Source: Azolla caroliniana
Lineage: Eukaryota; Plantae; Polypodiophyta
Reading direction: 5' to 3'
DNA length: 64,000 nucleotides
NCBI GenBank assembly: GCA_043228905.1
Contig: JBHGNT010000021.1
Location: forward strand, 5,084,001 to 5,148,000
Shown here: in pieces, positions 59,775-64,000 of the stretch
Position numbering within the stretch: the stretch's first letter is position 1
Layout of the letters: each line of letters starts with the position of its first letter
The notes under the pieces: generated by a model
Told to the model about the DNA's origin: nothing
Databases searched by the model: none
What the model saw: only the letters and a program-made list of their open reading frames with translations
Position numbers and translations under genes: made by a program

Positions 59775-62726
59775 TCAAAGAAGCCCTTTCTCTCTACAAC
59801 ACTTGATGGCACCATCGAACATGTCTTCGAGAGTATGTTCATATTCAAAACCAAGGTTTTTAAGCTTGGACGAATCGAAATAATGGAGCACTGGCTCCCC
59901 CAAATATGCCAAGCTACAACAAAAAGACAAAAAAACCTCAATCATGTGAGCATAAATAAACAAGAAAGACAAAAATAAAGTTTGAAATAAATGTTAACAC
60001 ATTTGCAATTACTCTGTTGGGATTTTGAACTCGGGATATCGTTTGGTGATAAGATTCACCACATCTCCAATGGATGCATCCGTCGAAGAGCATATGTAGC
60101 GACCCTTTGCTGTAGGGTGGTCATACAGAAAGATAAAAGCCCGCATCACATCGTCTATGTGGACGTACGATAACCGTTGGAGGAATGGTAACTTGAAATG
60201 CTCCCCTAAAGAATGATCGCGTAAATTACATCTTCATTCATCATGCATTTTGTGTACATGGAAGAACTTTAAAGACCAATGTGGAGAAAATACTTACTAT
60301 GCCTTCAACACCTCAAAAATGAAAACAATTTGACGCCTGAAGTAGAGAAAAGGGCTGTTTAGACATTTTACCTGTGATAAGGGCCACCGAATCCTTTACA
60401 CTGTTGGGGATCTTTGAAATCAAGAATGGCCCACTCACGAGGGCCGGGTTGATAATAACCAAATCCAGATTATGGTCTTGTGCAAATTGAGCAGCTGCTT
60501 TCTCTCCAAGAGTTTTTGCCACAAAGTATGGCTAGAGAAAATACCATCACATTCAGTAAACACACACATAGCCAAATGGAACTTCTTTCATCTTACCAAA
60601 CTAAAATACAGGAAACTCAACAGATCAAGAATGCGTCATTTCATTGCTAAGCCCAAACTTCTGAATTCAAATAGGAATCCATTAAAATCAAGTAATCAAT
60701 TAATTCTTAAACCCCAAGAGGCTAAACCACTAAATAAAAGCCCACTCAAACCATTCGTGGACTTCAAAATAATCAGACATTGATTAGAGACTCTTAAATT
60801 CATAACTGGTACATCCAAGTAATACATGTTAGAGAAAAGTACCAGGATACCCCTGGAAGTTCGTCTATTTACCAGAATGCCCCTGGGAGTTCCAAATTTA
60901 CCAAACTACCCCTATGTCCAAAAAATTACACTTTATAAAGTAATTATAAAGTCAAATCTACAAACCCTATTTACCAAAGATGGAAGAAATGGCCCGAACT
61001 AGCCCTATTTACCAAAGATTTGAGTGTATAATTACTTTATACAGTGTAATTTTTTGGACATAGGGGTAGTTTGGTAAATTTGGAACTTCCAGGGGCATTC
61101 TGGTAAATAGACAAACTTCCAGGGGTATCCTGGTACTTTTACCATACATGTTATTCAACAAATAGGCTACTACTTCAAATCCTAAAACCTCCTAACCCAG
61201 AAAATCCTAAAGCTTCCTAGGCCTTAAACTTCAAATCCTACAACACTGTACCCATTATTCAAGCACTAGATATTTTTTTTTATGTTGAAAATACTGACAT
61301 ATGAGTGCTTACCCAGCCAGGGAGATTGTTCTTAGTTACAAAGTCGACATCAGTCCAACACGTCTCATCATATACTTTATCTGGCACCTCCTCGCCCCCA
61401 AATCGAATGGCAGCTAGGGATGAAGTGTGGACAACACGCTTTACCGATGGTGATTTGATACAAGCCCTGAGCACATTGAGAGTACCTTGGATAGATGGAT
61501 CGATAACATCCCTCTACAAGAAAGTTAACACATAAATGTCATATGGTGAGTGATTAAGAAACCCATGACCTATTCATCAAAAGAATGGTTAAATAAAATT
61601 GGGTTCACCATTCAATCGAATTCCAGAACACAATATGAGTGCTCAAATCTAGTCTATTGAAGGAATGAATGGTTGAATCGAGTTCAGTAACACCATACAA
61701 ATGAGAATGTCCATCTATTAGTGAAATAAATACTGAATCACGGCCAAGGTCATTATAAGAATAAAAACCTTAAAATCTACCAATCAGATGAATAGTCAAA
61801 TCAAGCCTGAAAACAAAACATGAATCAAAACCTTAAATCTATTGATCAGATCAATAGTTTAATAAAGGATGATTACATTGCATGAAAAAAGAAAACCTAT
61901 AGTTCAATTCAGCCCAAAACATAAATTCTTATGTCATCCATCAGAAAATGGCCAAATCAGCGAGTCCAAGATCACCATATAGATATAATTTTAGTCCACC
62001 AATCAAATGATGGACAAACATCTTCCTTTAACAATCAAATTAACAAACCGATCAAACAAGCAGATGAATAAAAACCTTAATCTATCAATCAACTGAAAGA
62101 AATGAGTGAATCAACAGCTTAATTGAACAACCCAAGGCATGGATGAAAATCTTATTCTTTTAGTGAAAAACAGAATATATCAATCAAATGAATGAAACAT
62201 TAAATCTAGTACGAGAATATGTAAGGACCAACCTGTGGATCTTCAACAATGAAATTGGTAGGGCATGCCAAATGGAAGACACCATTGCAACCCTTGACAT
62301 GCTCATCAAAGTCTCCCTCCACAAGAAGATCACCTTTCACAATATCCAAGCGTTGAGCCAATGCTGGATCAATTTCTAGCAAAGGTTGCAGATCTTGCTT
62401 ATCCTCTGGCATTATTAAAAAGGCCTCACATTATTATTATTGTTATTGCGAAAATCTTTTTTTTGGCCAAATTGACAACATTATAAATACAAAAATGGTA
62501 GTAGAAGACAAGATGCGGGAAGAAAAATTGTGGAAATAAAAATAAAGCTATTAGGAAGAGAAGAAAAGATATGAGAAACGAGGGCGGAAATGGTGAGCAA
62601 TATAAGTGGACCTGGGTTCAATACTGCAGCTCGCACTCTGTATCCTCTTTCCAGGAGTCGCAAGACGAGCATTGACCCGAGATGACCTGAGCTACCAGTC
62701 ACCAACACTGTGCTCTGTGTTTCCAT
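59775..62726 (-). CDS. Dihydroflavonol-4-reductase/anthocyanidin-reductase-like NAD(P)H-dependent reductase, 6 exons
   Basis: Exons 62726-62612, 62405-62233, 61513-61313, 60531-60372, 60205-60013 and 59913-59775 join in frame: [31 protein letters not shown]...[24 protein letters not shown] (YxxxK), [31 protein letters not shown]. Confidence 0.92.
60832..61143. mobile_element. Mutator-like foldback MITE in intron 3 of the DFR-like gene
   Basis: About 130-bp TIRs (GAGAAAAGTACCAGGATACCCCTGG... / ...CCAGGGGTATCCTGGTACTTTTACC); 10-bp TSD ATACATGTTA on both sides. Confidence 0.92.
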
Positions 62727-62882
62727 GGAGACCTTCCTCAAACCCCCTAAGGCTCTAATCCTGGAAACCCTTTTACCTAAAACCCTAATCCTCGAGCATT
62801 AAAAAAAAACCCAAAACCCTGATTTGATTAAATCCCTAGATCCTTGCAGCTTTCAAGCCAGACATCGGTGGCATATGTGTAT

Positions 62883-62935
<53 letters not shown>

Positions 62936-64000
62936 GGGAGAGAGCAAGTTACATGTGTGTATGAAGGTAGAGGTGGCATGTCTCCTGCACGAGTTCCACG
63001 TTCTGAGTAGCGTAGCCATAGCTCATTACTACTGCTTAGAAAATGATGGAGAGAGAATCGAAGGGAGTGAGAGAGATGGGGATGGGATGGGATATGTCAT
63101 TTGTCCAAGCCGTTTAAGCCTTAATTTTGGTTTAGGAACTGGTTTGGCTCTAAACGGTTCGGTTCGGCTCGGCTTGAGCCTAGCCAAATCGAACTCAAAC
63201 CGGTTAAGGGGCCATGCCTGGACTTTTATAATGTATCTATATACTCTGTGTAGTGCCAATATGTATCTATATAATAGGTTGAACACCTGTTTCCAAGAGC
63301 ATAACTTGATAGGAGGTTCGTGTTACTTAGTGTTGGGCAAAGTCCCAAGAACAGTGTCAACGTTCTGGTTGCATTGGGACTTTTTGCTGACCAACCGGAA
63401 TCTAGCCGGTTCATATTTTTCGAACGGGCTATTTATATAGTTTTGAAAAAAAGATATATAATAGAAAAACACTTGTATGTTTTTCTTTCCCCCTTCTTGC
63501 CCCCCTTCTTCGCACTGCTCCCTACTCCTTGCTCCTTGCTCACTGCCGCTACCCACTGATTGCACAACATTTGATGTTCACTACCCCACCACTCTAAAAT
63601 ATGTATTTTGTTTGTTTTTCTTTCTCTGTTTCTTAATTATCTCTATTTCTCTCCTTTTCTCGTTGTTTGAATCGGTTTTCCTCTCGATTTCTCTCTGTTT
63701 GAATTTGTTTGAGTGCTATGCGCATGATGGTAATCCACTTCCGATTCATGTGAAGGTGTTTACTTGGTGGTCAATGGTGGGTGGGTGGCATTTGGTGTCA
63801 AATTTTAAATGTCTATTCTTGTGCCATCTTAGGGCTACCCCATTGCTGCACACACCTACAACTTGGAATGCTTACTCTTACACTCGCATCTAATATTTCC
63901 TTAGGGGTAACATTATTCATCGTCATAGGAAGTGTGAAGTTGGTATCGTTGTCTTCGAAAGGTGTAGCCAGTAGGTGTCTAATCATCTCGATTCTAAGAA

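Noticed and set aside
63100-63430. AACCG/CGGTT-rich segment resembling a hAT MITE upstream of the DFR-like gene
   Set aside because: No convincing TIR pair or TSD could be identified.

Overview
Eukaryotic, intron-containing land-plant DNA. A non-seed plant such as a fern is my inference from the Tcn1-like chromovirus and Trp-primed Ty3 elements. Three host genes are supported by exon-by-exon reading: the 3' part of a TRM7/FTSJ1-type tRNA 2'-O-methyltransferase (+, 1290-3598), a SIN3-like PAH co-repressor (+, 47571-56051) and a six-exon DFR/ANR-like reductase (-, 59775-62726). Between them lies about 40 kb of nested transposons: a decayed L1-type LINE, a very young near-intact chromoviral Ty3/gypsy element (14183-24803), Copia and Ty3 remnants, a hAT transposase fragment and a palindromic satellite; two MITEs lie in or near the DFR-like gene. 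The most interesting signal is a group of tRNA-Trp-primed Ty3-type LTR elements. Their LTRs carry an antisense tRNA-like A-box/B-box module in U3, they insert with 4-bp, mostly CG-centred target sites, and one is a young gag-only element with apparently identical LTRs (20829-24345) encoding a 672-aa Gag-acidic-basic protein. All coordinates were read by eye; no searches or alignments were run.
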